In this document: piece after piece, positions 24,645 to 38,772 of the stretch
How positions within the stretch are numbered: the first letter of the stretch is position 1
How the letters are laid out: every line of letters begins with the position of its first letter
From: Azolla caroliniana
Taxonomy: Eukaryota > Plantae > Polypodiophyta
Assembly: GCA_043228905.1 (NCBI GenBank)
Contig: JBHGNT010000014.1
Span: 8,308,001 to 8,372,000, forward strand
Length of the DNA stretch: 64,000 nt
Direction: 5' to 3'
Made by a program: the position numbers and the translations under genes
Notes under the pieces: model-generated
The model's database searches: none
Seen by the model: the letters and a program-made list of their open reading frames with translations, nothing else
What the model was told of the DNA's origin: nothing

Positions 24645-27600
24645 CCCTTCTTATTACCATGTCTGACTCGGCCTTAAACCAAGTAATGGCAGCCTTGGAG
24701 CAACTTCAATTAGAAAATGAAAGCCTTCGTCAGTCATTGTGAGAGCTTCAAAATAGCACAGCCAACAATCCTTCACCCGTTGAGCCTCACCTTCCGTCCG
24801 CATCTAACCCAACCCCTTCCTCTTCCCATTCATATGTCCTCGAACCTAACGTCAGCCTACTACACAAATTCAACGGCTCGAGGGCGCATCTTCATGGCTT
24901 CATCAATCAAATTTGGCTTATCTTCCGCTTACAACCCCAACGTTATGCTAGTGATGTCTCTCTGGTCGGCCTTGTTGGCAACCTTCCCTCTGGGCCGGCA
25001 CAAGCGTGGTTTGCACCATTGATCGAGACCTCATCACCCCTCCTAGACAACTTTCCTACCTTCCTTGCGGAGCTTGAAGCCACATTCGGAGAGATAGATC
25101 GACGACGAACAGTACTCACGAAACTCTATTCCTTACAACAAGGCTCTCAGCTTCCGTTTATGCTTCAGAGTTTCGCCAGATCGTGTGCGATGTCAGCTGG
25201 GATGAGCAAGCTTTATGCGACCAGTTTCGTCGAGGCCTCCGAAATGATATCAAGACTCTTCTCTTAAACTTTCCGGAGCCCACATCATTGTCCCAGGTAA
25301 TCTCCCAAGCCATTCAATGTGATAATCATCGTTTTGAGCTTCGACAAGAGGAATGGAGGAATCAAGTTTTTCCATCTTCCTCCCGCAATACTCCACTCAC
25401 AAGGCCATACATATCAGTTTCGCCAAGCACGCCACGACTGCCATCTTCCAATAGTACTCATACCCCGATGGAGGTTGATCCTTGTACCCCAATTGAGATC
25501 GCCCATGCTCGGTTCCAACCATTAACCGATGCCCAACGGCAACATCGACGTGACAATAGCCTTTGCCTCTTTTGTGGTACCCCCCGGCCATGTCATCCGC
25601 CACTGCCCGATGCGCAACTGTCATCATCAATCCCACTGTGCACGTCTTACAGAGGTTTCTCAACAACAAGAAAATGATCGTGCACGTCTTGCGGAGGTTT
25701 CTGGACAACAGGAAAACGAGCAAGTCTGGCTGCAGTAGGACCCATGCCGCTGGACACTTTCCATCGCCCTAGTTCTTCGTGCTCCTACAATTCAGTCACG
25801 CCAGCAGGAGGTTTTACTTTGCAAGTAAGTCTTTGTTTTGGGTCTATTTCAATAAAATCCCATGCCTTGCTCGATTCTGGTGCATCTATTTGTTTCATCG
25901 ATATCGCGTTCGCCCGAGCACATAAAATCCCAACCATCCACACAACACAACCCGTATCTGTTGAAGCTATCGACAGACGAGTTCTCTCTTCAGGGGTAGT
26001 TACCGAAGCCACTCTCCCGTTGGTATTTCAAGTCGGGTTCCACCAGGAGGTATTAAAATTCTACCTCATTGCAACCCCTCGTCATCCGTTTGTTTTACGG
26101 CTCTCCTGGTTGGAAACACACAATCCGATGGTGGATTGGTGTAGCCGCTCCATCACTTTTCCACAAACACCAACGCAGGCCCTTTCCACAAACACTTTTA
26201 CTTGTGTGGGGGTTTCTTTTAGCTTGGGTGCACATTCTTTTGATTTCAACTCAATCTCCAACATTGCCGATTCTATTGTGGCCGATTCTAGCGTGGTCAC
26301 TTCCGTGCCTATTGTGTCACAGGACGTCCCTACTCTTGTCACCAATTTACCTGCAAGATATAGCGATTTTTTGGACATGTTTGAAAAGCAAAATGTAGAC
26401 CGGTTGCCGGCACATCGCCCTTATGATTGCCCAATCGAACACCCACCATTTGGGCCCATCTATGGGCTATCTGAACCCGAACTTGAGGCCCTTCGCACAT
26501 ATCTGGATGAAAACCTCGCCAAGGGTTTCATTCAACCCTCCAAATCACCGGCTAGAACCCACCCCAATCTTATTTCTCAAGAAGAAGGACGGCTCATTAC
26601 ACCTATGTGTGGATTATCGGGGTTTGAACAAAATTACGATACGTAATCGTTACCCCTTTCCTTTAATTCCAACACTTCTTGACCGACTTCGAACTGGGCA
26701 TATCTTCTCGAAAATCGATCTTCGGGGAGCCTACAATCTTGTGTGTATCAAGCCAAGAGACGAGTGGAAAACGGACGTCCGAACACGCTATGGACATTTC
26801 GAGTACAAGGTGATGCCTTTTGGTCTCACCAACACCCCTGCGGTCTTTCAACACATGATGAACAATATATTTCGGGAGTATCTCGATCACTTCGTGGTGA
26901 ACTACCTTGATTACATTTTAGTTTTTTCTTCCAACATAGAGGAGCACACCCGACACGCCCGATTGGTCCTATCCAAACTTCGGGAACATGGACTTTACGT
27001 CAAAAGTGAGAAATGTGAATTTGATTGAACCTCTATCAAATTCCTAGGCTACGTGATTTCACCCTCCGGGGTCACAATGGATGCACGCAAGGTAGCGGCA
27101 ATCACCGATTGGCCTTTCCCTACTCACTTGAAAGAGGTACAATTATTTCTTGGTTTTGCAAATTTCTATCGACGATTTATCAATGGTTTTTCATCTTTAG
27201 TACAACCTCTAATCATCCTTACAAGAAAAGATACTCCATTTCTTTGGACCTTTGCGGCGCAACGTGCTTTTGATGCCCTCAAGGCAGCTTTTCTCAGAGC
27301 CCCAGTGTTGGTCCCAACCAGACGACGAGGGCACACTACGTCATGTTGCCTTCTACTCTCGGAAGTTTACTGCCCCGGAAATCAATTATCCAGTCTACGA
27401 CAAGGAGCTGATAGCAATCATATCTACATTCACCGAATGGCGACCCTATTTGGCTGGGGCCCAACATCACATCCAAGTGTTGACCGACCACAAAAATCTA
27501 ATTTACTTCACCACCAGTCGTACATTGAATCGGAGGCAAGCCCGATGGTTATCTTTTCTCACCAACTATGACTTTGAGATCTTGTTCCGACCCTGAGTTC

Positions 27601-29674
27601 AACATGGGAAAGCGGATGCCCTCTCTCGGCGACATGATTTTGCATTGCGCCCAGGAGATGATGCATATTCACAAAAATCCCATTGTTTGTTGCGGCCCGA
27701 TCAACTTCAGATGTTCGCCACCTGCATGTTACATGATGATTCTTTGCCCAACGAGATCGCCACGACAACCGTGTCAGACCCATTCGCCAAAGAAATCATG
27801 GGTTGCATTAATGACCCATCTTCAGATAGTAAAAGCTCATATCTCAACCAATTTACAACCCAGGATGGGTGACTATATCGTAATCATCTCTTGTACATTC
27901 CCGAAGGATCATGTCGTACACGGGTTCTACAAAATTGTCATGATGATCCTCTTGCCGGCCACTTTCGGGTTACGAAAACCCTGGAATTGCTATCTTGAGG
28001 GTTTTGGTGGCCCCAAGCTTCGAAATTTGTCAAGGAATTTATCAAGACATACGATGTATGTGCTCGGTCCAAAATGCCTCACCATTGGCCATATGGTCTT
28101 CTCCACTCGCTCCCCATTCCACGTCGACCATGGGTCTCTCTATCCATGGACTTTATCACCGACCTCCCTCTGGTTGGTGGACATGACACGATGCTAGTCA
28201 TTGTCGATCGGTTTTCGAAGATGGCTCACGTTGTTCCATGTTCCAAAACCATTTCCGAGGAAGAGACATCTGATCTTTTTCTTTAAAATGTTGTTCGATT
28301 GCATGGCTTAACTAAGGATATCACCTCTAATTGAGGTTCTCAGTCCATTTCCCACTTTTGGCGACAACTTCTACAAACATTCGGAACTTCTGTCAACTTG
28401 TCCTCAGCATACCATACTCAAACTGATGGACAAACGGAGTGAGTCAACCAAATCCTTGAACAATACCTTCGGTGTACCGTGAGCTACCAATAGGTGGATT
28501 GGGTGGACTTCCTTGCAATGGCGGAATTTGCTTACAATAATAGTATCCATGCTTCGACTAAGGTTCCCCCCTTCTTTGCAAACTATGGATTTCACCCTCG
28601 TTTCAGCATTTCCATACCTGCAACTTCGGTCAATCCTTCGGCAGAGACGTGTGTCAGCGCTTTACATGATGTCCATCGTGAGCTCTCCTTGGAGCTCTGT
28701 GTTGCTAGTGACCACTATAAAGGTCAAGCGGATCGACATCGCTTAGCTACACCGACGTTTGCAATCGGGCACATGGTTTGGTTGTTATGTCGTCACATCG
28801 CCACCACATGTCCTTGTGCAAAATTGGACTACAAACGACTAGGCCCTTTTCGTATCATCAAGCGGATCAACCCAGTCGCCTTCCGGTTAGCACTTCCTCC
28901 AACATTCAGGATTCACGATGTTTTTCACGTTTCCCTCCTCAAACTCTACCATCCTTCTCGAATTCCAAGACAACACCCTCCTCCATCGCCACATGTGGAA
29001 TTGTCAACGGGCGAAGAATATGAGGTTGACCAAATCGTCCACTCTCGATATCGTCGTCGACAGCTCCAATATTTGGTCTAATGGAAAGGTTACCCCATTT
29101 TAGATGCCACATGGGAACCAGTTACACATTTACAAAATGCTCTGGATGCCACTCGCGATTTTCATCAACGATACCCACATAAGCCAGCCGCGAGTCTCGG
29201 GAGGCGGCCTTAAAGGGAGGATAATGTCATAGACACGATGGAATGTAGAGGGTTGAACCCATGACCACTTGGTCTTATTGGGCAACCTTACCAATTGAGC
29301 TACATTCCATCTATGCATTATTGTATTGTATAAGTTTCAACTTATTACATTGTAAGTTAATCACTAGAACTTTCAAGAAACTTCTAGAGAATGCATAGAC
29401 ATGCACTCTTTAGAAGTTTCCATGTATTCTCTAGATGTTTCCTAGCTTACATGCATGCCACCACATTCTTGTATAAATACTTCGGTGCACCTTGATTACA
29501 ATCAAGGTGAACAACACCAGTTACGGAAGCATAATTTAGTTCTCGCTCTTTTGTCTACCTCTCTCTTTCTTGTTCTCTTGTCTATGCTCCTCTCTATCTA
29601 TATATCTATCTTTCTCTCTTTGTTAATATTGAGCTCGCCTACTTGTCCTTGCCCTCGTCTACTGTGATACCTAG

Positions 29675-30780
29675 TCTCTTTACACTCGGGGTATCTAAAT
29701 GTTTGGAGAGGGTGGGAGAGGGTCCTAATATGTCTTGGTATTCTGCCCGTATCGCGGCATAAGTTGGGCACTTGCATGGGAAATGATGCTCATCCTCTAT
29801 CTCTATGTGGCATAACCTACATAGCCTTCCCTCTCTAAGGACTCTATTAGCCCGACCATTCTCAATCTCAAGTTGGTGAGATGATATCCTAAGTTGTCCA
29901 ATGGCCACCCTTAGTGCATTTGATAAGAATGTATCTAGATATCTTGGTCATGTAATAAAACCTAACTTAGAGAAGTGCAAGAAGTGTTCCTTATAGTACA
30001 ACATTTCAGATGGGAGTGGCTCTCGTGGGGTGATCCATTTATATCGAGTGTAAATTTGCTATATTTCTTGGCGTATCACTTTATTACTATCTTCATGAGA
30101 GAGAGTTTAATTAGTCCCATGGTTGTACTTAAGGGGGGGTAGGTTATTAATATTTATGTCGTTTGCAAGTAACCAACTCACCACAGTGCTATACCAAGAG
30201 CTAGTGTCTCCAGACACATGTAGGGATCGGAATGCCTCAAAGGCTCGATGTGATATCCTATCTTGTGGTTGGCTATGTATTCGATGAATAAAAACTACCA
30301 CTTGAAAGAGTGCTTCTACTAACATCGGGGGTAGACTAAACTCTGCTCTAATAATGTCATGTGGTATTGTCGATTTTCTTTGGAGTTGACGTGATAACAT
30401 TGTCACCAAAGTTCTCTCTCATTGCATCCACATGAAAGATGGTGGACCCGGAGCCCATACTACTAGTAATTGTGTTAGTGAAACAATTGGATAGGCCACC
30501 TGGGCATCTTACGCACCCAGAGACTTGCTCATATAGGGCATAAATGGCCCAGATAATGTCATTTGGTATCTCCAAGCTCTTAAGTCTATCAAACAACCTC
30601 TCCCTAGGAACTATGTTACAGGCTTTGCGGAAGTCCACAAAGCAACAATATAGTTTCTTCTTACGAGCCTTCGTCTGGTCAATTAAGCACTTAAGTGTGA
30701 AGATATGGTCAATGGTGGAGAATGCTCATCTAAAGCCAGCCTGCTCAAGTGCTTGAAGACTTAATGTTCTCTATGGACTT
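29675..30780 (-). mobile_element. Non-LTR retrotransposon (LINE) remnant; 3' end probably continues at ~24075-24180
   Basis: QAGFR..FSTIDHIFTL..LYCCFVDFRKA RT motifs; C-terminal CRLCHIEIEDEHHFPCKC zinc finger; split by the chromovirus. Confidence 0.82.
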
Positions 30781-30791
30781 AATGTTTCCAT

Positions 30792-30846
<55 letters not shown>

Positions 30847-31508
30847 GGGAGGGAGCTTGTATACTATATAGTGGATTAATTTTTGGGAGGAGGAGAGTAG
30901 TGAGGAAGAGAGAGAGAGATTCATAGAGACAAGGTTGAGAGAAGAAAGCTCGAATTAAGGTGTTTATGGTGGCAAGGCCTAGGGCAAGCCATGTCCATGT
31001 GCTAACAAGCAAGTTGTCTTGTAGAAGTACGGAAATTGGCATGCATGTCTCCATAGCTATCAAATATTTGTATATGAGATGGTGATGGTGGTAGTGGTGT
31101 TGATGATGTTGGTGTTAGAGGTTGAGGGGAAGAAAAATAATGGTGAGGTTCCCAAATTGGTTCACAAACCGGTTTATGCCAAACTGGTTTAGGGATCGGT
31201 TTGGTTTGGTTTGGTTCATGTTTGAGAACCCCAAAACGGTTTAGGCTTATTCAGTTTGGCTTGGATAAGGCTAAACCGGTTAAGCCTAAACTGAACCATT
31301 GTCAATCCCTACACCAAACATTGAACACAAGCACATGAGCCACCCAAAGACGAGCACAACGAACCACCAAAGACGAAGAACAAGAAAGGAGAGTGATGAA
31401 TAAGACGAAAAGAAGAGCACTTCCCAAAACAAGAAAATCCAAGAAACCCCAAAATAGGCCCTCTTTTCCCCCTTTTTATAGGGAGGGAGGTGTCTCATTT
31501 GCAATCAT

Positions 31509-31680
31509 ATATTAAAGAGAAAAATAAGAATATGGTTGCAGTAGTGCCTCATTTGCATTAAGTGCAAATGTACCTTTCCCATATTAAAAAGAAAAATAAG
31601 AATATGGTTGCATTAGTGCCTCATTTGGATTAAGTGCAAATGTACATTTCCCATATTAAAGAGAAAAATAAGAATATGCT
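31509..31680. repeat. 72-bp tandem repeat, ~2.4 copies
   Basis: ATATTAAA(G/A)AGAAAAATAAGAATATG recurs at 31509, 31581 and 31653. Confidence 0.8.
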
Positions 31681-31817
31681 TAAATTTATAAACTCTACAC
31701 CTCTTAATACATTGAATGGCCCTAACCACTAAGCTTTTGCCCTAATATTTATATTTTAGCTCTGCCGTCTTTACCCCTTTTCTCATATACTTGTCATGAT
31801 ATGACATTGTACGACTC

Positions 31818-31876
31818 CGAAAGAATTCGAACCCATGACCTTGTGTTACATGGGCTAAACTCTTACTATTAAACCT
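31818..31876 (-). promoter_or_regulatory. Degenerate tRNA-like cassette in second Tcn1-like LTR, antisense
   Basis: GGTTTAATAGTAAG...AAGGTCATGGGTTCGAATTC; same position in the LTR as at 24201. Confidence 0.5.
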
Positions 31877-32163
31877 TGAATTGTAATACAAAAGATATTA
31901 GTTTCATTTATTATTTCTATAGGAAATTCATGTATATTCTAGATTATTATGGATCATTCTAAAAACTTCAAGATTAATCTTGATGCACTATAAATAGAGG
32001 CATAAGGCATTATTTCAAACCAATTCGGTTCAACCTCAGTAGTAAGCCACATAGTTATTTTTGTATATTCTCTTCATAAAACATATTGTTTGTACCGAAT
32101 TTGCTTCGTTCTCATCTTCGTATCCCTCATTCCCTTCATACAAATATTCTTATCCTTCCTTCT

Positions 32164-34730
32164 TGTTACCCGTAAGAATATACGGGGAGGCATAAGGGTA
32201 TGTGTAATGATGTGGTTGATGTGTATGTATAAAGTAAATGAGTTTGTGAGGATGAGTATGTGTATGGACATATGCTCAATTATGTGCATCTGTACAAGAA
32301 TGTGTAACGGTCTTATTTATAACGGTCTGTAACCATTACATTGGATGTATTATATAAACCCCCTATGGGGTATGTAATGAGATACCTTTTTTCCCCTCTC
32401 ACATTTGTGTCATTTTCTATTTGTCTTTCTCTCTAGCTCTCTCACTATCGTAACCCCCTTGGGAGGGGGGTGAAGCCCCAACAACACTTTTGGCACGCCC
32501 TACGGACAACCCTCCCTTGAGAGGAAGTCTCTCTCCCTCCCTCCCTATTCCATCCATTCCCTTTGTTTCTTCATCTCGTGCACCAGACATCTCCATCTCC
32601 ATATTCATCAAAGTGTGTTGTTGCGCCACTTCATAGTGAAAGACATCGGAATGAGTCTGTTGCCATTGATACTTGATCTCTACTTTGACCAACACTTGAT
32701 TTGCAATACCGGGTTCTTTTACACTATATGCTTCCCAAGAAGAGAGTTGTTGGGGAAATCTTTGAAGAAAGTATACTCAGAATAGGAGGAACAGAGCACC
32801 AATACAACCACGGTTGTTGATGGAAGTCCTTCCCAACCCTAACCGTCGGTTCCCCCTCTAGTCCCAAACCTTCCATCTGCCTCGTCATCTTCTTCTCTAA
32901 GCTCTTGCTATACCACCTATACCACAACTCCGCAGGCAAAAAGGCTTGTGCATCTGCTCTCCATATCATCGATCTTGTCGCAGCACAGTTTCCATGGATC
33001 TCAATGAAGAAGGAATCGTCAAAAGGGATGTTTACTTGTACCTCTTCTCCTGCAGAATCAATTACTCTACTACGGCGGTGAGTACTGCTGATTCTGATTA
33101 ACCTCTTCCTACCCTCGGTAGGAATTCTCAGATTCGGATGAGGCGGAATAATCATTGGAAAGAGCATATCTGAACATTGCATATGATCCAGAAGCAATAA
33201 ACGACCCAAGCATGTATAACTTCGATGGAAACTATGGGGAGTTGAAGAAGAAGAAGAAGAATAAGAATACTATGCTGTCAAAGAAGAAGAAGAGAAGTGA
33301 TGTGATGGATCATAGAGACATGGTTGTATCTGGAGCAGACGATAATCTCAAAAAAAAGTACAAGTAACTACTACCCTAACAACACTACCACGCCATCAAG
33401 AATTGTGGCCGGTCGCTATAATGCCCATCAATCTGTCACACCTACGTCTAAAGAAGTCAATTTCTTCATCCATTTCCTCTGTTTCTACCATTCCTAATAA
33501 GAAGCAAGACCGAAGGACCTACAGATCCTTCACTTCATCTCTGCCACTGTACCACCTCCGCCATGGTAGTCGGTGTTGCTGCATTGCCTGCCAACCTTGT
33601 AGTGAAGAGAGCCATCATAACTTGCAGCGGCTATCCATCCCGTTCAGGCCTCACTACACTTGTCAAATCAGCCCCACCTTCTACTCTCTCAAACGCTCCA
33701 TCAATATGTTCCACTGATCTTCATCTCCGAAGCTCGGTATCATCGAGAAAGCAGGCCACAATTACCACCAAGGGCAGTCCTCATGGGTCAGACACCCAGG
33801 AATGATGGACAGCCGCTGCCACTGCCATCACCGCCGTAATCGCCTAGCCGCCATCCACTAGAATCGAAAGGTTCCAATACAAATTGAAGAATTGAAAAGA
33901 GAAAAGAGAAAGGGGCAGAGAAGAATATTACAAGAACTCGAGGGCACACACTCGAATTTCAAAAGCTCGAGGGTAGAAGACAAAATTTCAAAAGCACAAG
34001 GGCACAATACGAAATTTTAGAAACTCAAGGGCACACAAGCTAATTTTGGAAGGGCAGGACATGAGATTTGTAATATTGGAGGGTACTTAATATAATTTTA
34101 GAAAAAACCTGAGGGGTAGGACATAAAATTTCAAAAACACAACTCACATGAAGAAAGAAAGAATACACAAACGCACAACACAATTTCACGACCCATGCCA
34201 CATTGAACTAGCCGATTGGTGGATGATCCAATCGCGACTTGTGTTGGTTCGCGTCAAGCAAAGCTCTGATCGAAGTTATCAATTGTAGAGCAGTGATCCG
34301 GTCGAGCGATTTTCGACCGTTGAGACGACCGATGGAGTTCCGGTCGAGAAGAGTCGCCATAGCGAGTGGGTTCACCGTGCAATGCATTGTCCCACGGACG
34401 TGCCATGTGTTACTTGTAAGAATATACGGGGATGCATAAGGGTATGTGTAATGATGTGGTTGATGTGTATGTGTAAAGTAAATGAGTGTGTGAGGATGAG
34501 TATGTGTATGGACACATGCACAATTATGTGCATGTGTACAAGAATGTGTAACGGTCTTATTTATAACGGTCATGTAACCGTTACATTGGATGTATTATAT
34601 AAACCCCCTATGGGGTATGTAATGAGATACCTTTTTTCCCCCTCACATTTGTGTCATTTTCTATTTGTCTTTCTCTCTAGCTCTCTCACTATCGTAACCC
34701 AGAATGGCTTCACCCCCCACCCCAACAACA
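32164..34730 (+). mobile_element. Non-autonomous LTR element (TGTTACC family) with PBS-like motifs at both internal ends
   Basis: Two 323-bp LTRs (32164-32486, 34408-34730); TSD CTTCT/CTTCC; TGGCACGCCCTACGGACA at 32491-32508; TGTCCCACGGACGTGCCA at 34388-34405; no recognisable retro ORF. Confidence 0.88.
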
Positions 34731-34748
34731 CTTCCTCCAATACTACAG

Positions 34749-35495
34749 TGTCGTAGTGTATTTCGTACACTACATGAAAAACTTATAAAGTAACGTTTTA
34801 GTAAATATGAAGAAATAGAAGAAAATGTCAAAATAAATAATACATGCATAGGGCAAGATTCAAACCTTGCACCTCCATGTTAATAATGTGAAACCTTTCC
34901 ATTACACTAGCATTTCATTAGTGTTAAAAAGTAGATGTCGCACATAGAAAGCTAAGTTCACCTAGGATAAACTTTAGTTAAAAGAAAAATGCATGCTAAA
35001 AGAAAAAGTTACGCATGCACATCTAGCGTGCATGAACGCTATAGTCGATAAAAAACGCAAAAGTTAGAAAAAGCATGATCACTTTAGATAAAGCATATAG
35101 TCTATCTATAGGAAAAGCATGGAGTCTATAGTTAGAGGAAAAGCATGAATTACTAAGACTCCCTCATCACTATATAAGGATGAGGAGCACAATGTAATAG
35201 GGGTGTGAAATATTTGGGAAATTGGATATATTTCCTAAAACACTAATTAATATAATCATGCGATTCACAAAGTTTTATATAATCTATCTCTTCCAATCTA
35301 TGATAAATTGTTATTAGGATTCTAAATATTAATAAATCTAATAATCTATACTTGTGGGATTCACAAGTTTCTATCTCTCTTTCTAATAATCTATACATAA
35401 CTATAAACTTGTCTCAAATTCTTCCCCCTCCTAGTCCAAAACCCCAGCGGTTCCCACCCGACTCATGCAACGATCCGGCGCCAAAAGGCACGACA
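34749..35495 (+). repeat. Solo LTR of the Trp-primed Ty3 family
   Basis: TGTCGTAG...GGCACGACA; similar to 44759-45397; no PBS follows; flanks ACAG/ACGA do not match exactly. Confidence 0.85.
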
Positions 35496-37849
35496 ACGAC
35501 AATTGTTAGCGCTCAAGAATACCAATATGTCCTCTTTGAGTTGTAGTGCTTAAAAGAAAAGTTTGCAACACTAGAACATGAAAATCAACGATTGTTGGGG
35601 GATCTTCAACAAATCTCTCTAGAGATGTAGCAAAAGCAACAAAAACATGGAGAGTTGGCGGTATGTGTACAATAACTTGAAGCAACCATTATGTCTTTGC
35701 AATAACATGGATCAAGTACTCAAGGATTTCATAAAGAACCCAACATTGGTCTTCCTACAAAATTCGACGAAACTCACAATTCAAGGGATTCCTTAATCAG
35801 GTACATGTCGTGATTCAAATGCATCCTTCCCGATATCCCATCAATGCTTCACGAGTGGGATTAGTAGGCGCGTTGCTTAGTGGCCCAGCTTTGGCATGGT
35901 TTGCACCATTATTAGAACAAAGATCTCTATTGTTAAATAATTTTGAGGAATTTATTAGCAAGTTTAGAGCCTGTTTCGGGGACACCGATAGCATTAGGAC
36001 GAGAATCAATAAAATCCGAAGATTGCATTAAGGTGATCGTCCAGCCTCAGCCTATGCTGCAGATTTCCGTCTACTCGCCGCCAATATCCCCTGGGATGAT
36101 CTAGCATTGATGGAGCAGTTTCAATATGGCCTTCGAAATGATGTCAAAGGTTTACTCCTAACTTTTCCCGAAGAACCCAAGTTGCTCACAGAGGCCATCA
36201 GTCGAGCGGTATGTTGTGATAACAAACTTTTTGAACAACGTTCGAAACGTCAATTACAAATGCCAAGAACAAGGCCGGAGCCCACATATGCCTCAGTCGT
36301 AGCAAAACCATGTGCAAGGGATTCATATAATGTGTCTCTAGCAAATACTCCAACGCCGATGGAAATCGACACTACACGTCGTCGCGGACCGTTATCGGAA
36401 GAGGAAAAGCAGCAACGCCGAGAAAATCAACTATGCCTTTATTGTGGACAAAAGAAGAGTTAAACGACTAAGTCCAGCCAAAATAGGAGCCATTTGGTTG
36501 GACAGCCCTAGATATGTGTAGCCCATTAGTAGTTCTATTCCCTCTAAACAAGTTAGCAATGTCTTCCTAGCTTAAGTAACTATTAATACTAGAAGTATCC
36601 CTCTAGTACATGTCTTAACACTCCTAGATTCCAGAGCTAATTCTTGCTTCATGGATAAGAATTTTGCCCAAGCTCAGCAGATATCCCTAAGAAAACTCCC
36701 TTGCCTAGCCTCTATAGTAGTCATTGATGGTCACCCCATTGCCTCCGGAAATATCGTAGAAGAGTTAGAGCTAGTTAGGGTTGTCCTAGATAATTTGACA
36801 TGTGTAGTATCATTCAATATAATTAGTAGTCCAAAACATCCCATTGTTTTGGGGTTACCACGGTTCGAGTTACACAATCCAGACATAGATTGGAGAACAA
36901 AAGAAATCCGGTATCGACAACCTCGAGAATCTACTCATAAGGTTTCAACCATTTTGCTACATCAACTGTGTGAGGAAGGACGCAAGGAATCAATTTTTGT
37001 ATTCATAGTATAAGTAAAACCTTCCAACATCACTAAAGAGGAATCCATAGTTCAACTTCCAAAGAAGTATCATTATTACGCCGACATGTTTGATAAGGTA
37101 CAAGCCAGTACTTTGCCTCACCATCGACCGTATGATTATCGCATTGATTTACAACCAGGAAAAGAGCCACCTTGGTGTTAAGCGTTGGGATAACAACACA
37201 ACCAGTCACGAATAAGAACGCATCAACAAGGACGTAGTACGAAGAGGAAACGGCAAGAGGAAAGGAAAGCAAAGAGACGGCCAAATGTGAAAGGCCCATA
37301 CCCTAAACGTGAAAGCTATATAAACCACATAGTAGTGTCTTTGTGGGGGTTCTCCCATTTGTAAAGATCTCCGATTGATTAGAGCTAGAGCTTTCTCTCC
37401 TCTTTCTTGTAAACCTTTGAGCTTAAGAGAGATTGGTGAAGTGTTGAGTTAGAGAACACTAATCTCTCCCCTTGTTGGTGCTAGACCTCTTAGCAAAGAG
37501 GGTTAATAATAGACATACTCTTGCTTCTTATTGTCTATACTATTGATCTATTGTTTATGAGAGAGAGAGCTTGAGAGAGTGAGAGAGATATCGTGCTTAA
37601 TCATTTACTAATTGTTGAGTGAGTGTGAGGCTCGGAGGTATCCGACCACCATCTCCGCCCGATTCGCCATCAAGAGGGTATACGCCGGTCCGAATCCTGC
37701 ACGACATCGAGGAGCTTACTCCATCGATACATAGATCCTTAACATCTATTTGGCGCCGCTGCCCGGGATACGACCGATGCTTGAAGCCTATTTCGAGTAG
37801 TCGAAAACTCGAAGGCAACCCACTTAACGAAGGAAGAAAGCAAAAGAGA

Positions 37850-38200
37850 ACCACTATTTTCTGTTTTTCTTACTATTTCAGAGTTTAATTAAGTTGATTT
37901 TCTGTTTTTCTCACTATTTCATAGTTTAATTAAGTTGATTTTGTGTTTTTCTCACTAATTCATAGTTTAATTAAGTCCCATTTTCAGTTTTTTCATCATT
38001 TCATAGTTTAATTAAGTTCCATTTTCTGTTTTTTCATCGTTTCATAGTTTAATTAAGTCCCACTTTCTGTTTTTTCATCATTTCATAGTTTAATTAAGTC
38101 CCATTTTCTGTTTTTTTCATCATTTCATAGTTTAATTAAGTCCCATTTTCTGTTTTTTTCATCATTTCATAGTTTAATTAAGTCCCATTTTCTGTTTTTT
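37850..38200. repeat. ~40-bp tandem array (~8 copies) with TTAATTAA core in 5' leader
   Basis: TTTCATAGTTTAATTAAGTCCCATTTTCTGTTTTTT repeated. Confidence 0.9.
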
Positions 38201-38344
38201 CGCTCGGTTAACATTAAACATTGTGGAGGTTTAGGCCGTTACGGGGCAAGCATAATCGCCGCGAGTCTCGCGGCTTACGATCACCCTATGGGTCACAAAG
38301 CGACCGTTGGCGCCAAAAATTTTGAATTTCCCACGCAAAGCTCG

Positions 38345-38728
38345 TCGAAGCTTCAACCTTCGACGAACATTCAACCTCCGACGAACATTTAACCTTCGAC
38401 GAACATTCATCCTCCGACGAACATTTAACCTTCGACGAAGATTCATTCTTCGACGAACATTCATCCTTCGACGAACATTTAACCTCCAACGAAGATTCAT
38501 TCTCCGACGAACATTTAACCTCCGACGAAGGTTCATTCTTCGACGAACATTTAACCTCCGACGAACGTTCAACCTCCGACGAATCTTCAACCTCCGACGA
38601 AGCTTCAACCTCCGATGAAGCTTCATCCTCCGACGAAGCTTCAACCTCCGACGAAGCTTCAACCTGCGACGAATCTTCAACCTGCGACGAAGATTCATCC
38701 TTCGACGAAGATTCACCCTTCGACGAAC
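38345..38728. repeat. 18-bp tandem array (~21 copies) just upstream of gag
   Basis: TTCAACCTCCGACGAA(CA/GC/GA) repeated. Confidence 0.92.
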
Positions 38729-38772
38729 CTATAAAAAAATAAAAAAAATAAAAAAAAACTTGACCAGAAAAC

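Larger units (their letters stand above)
24181..29669 (+). mobile_element. Tcn1-like chromovirus (Ty3), full length, decayed
   Basis: LTRs 24181-24631 and 29225-29669; TSD CCTAG; gag, LLDSGAS protease, [20 protein letters not shown] RNase H, LSMDFITDLP integrase, GPF motif, chromodomain EEYEVDQIV..QYLV*WKGY..TWEP; PPT at ~29211-29224. Confidence 0.95.

Noticed and set aside
31150-31300. Possible MITE/DNA-transposon end rich in AAACCGGTTT/GGTTT
   Set aside because: No matching terminal inverted repeat pair or TSD could be defined.
32724-33209. 161-aa minus ORF (and 5873..6394) as captured host genes
   Set aside because: No recognisable motifs or exon structure; cannot be supported without a database search.
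33920-34140. Degenerate ~28-bp repeats resembling DNA-transposon subterminal repeats
   Set aside because: Too degenerate, with no boundaries or TSD.
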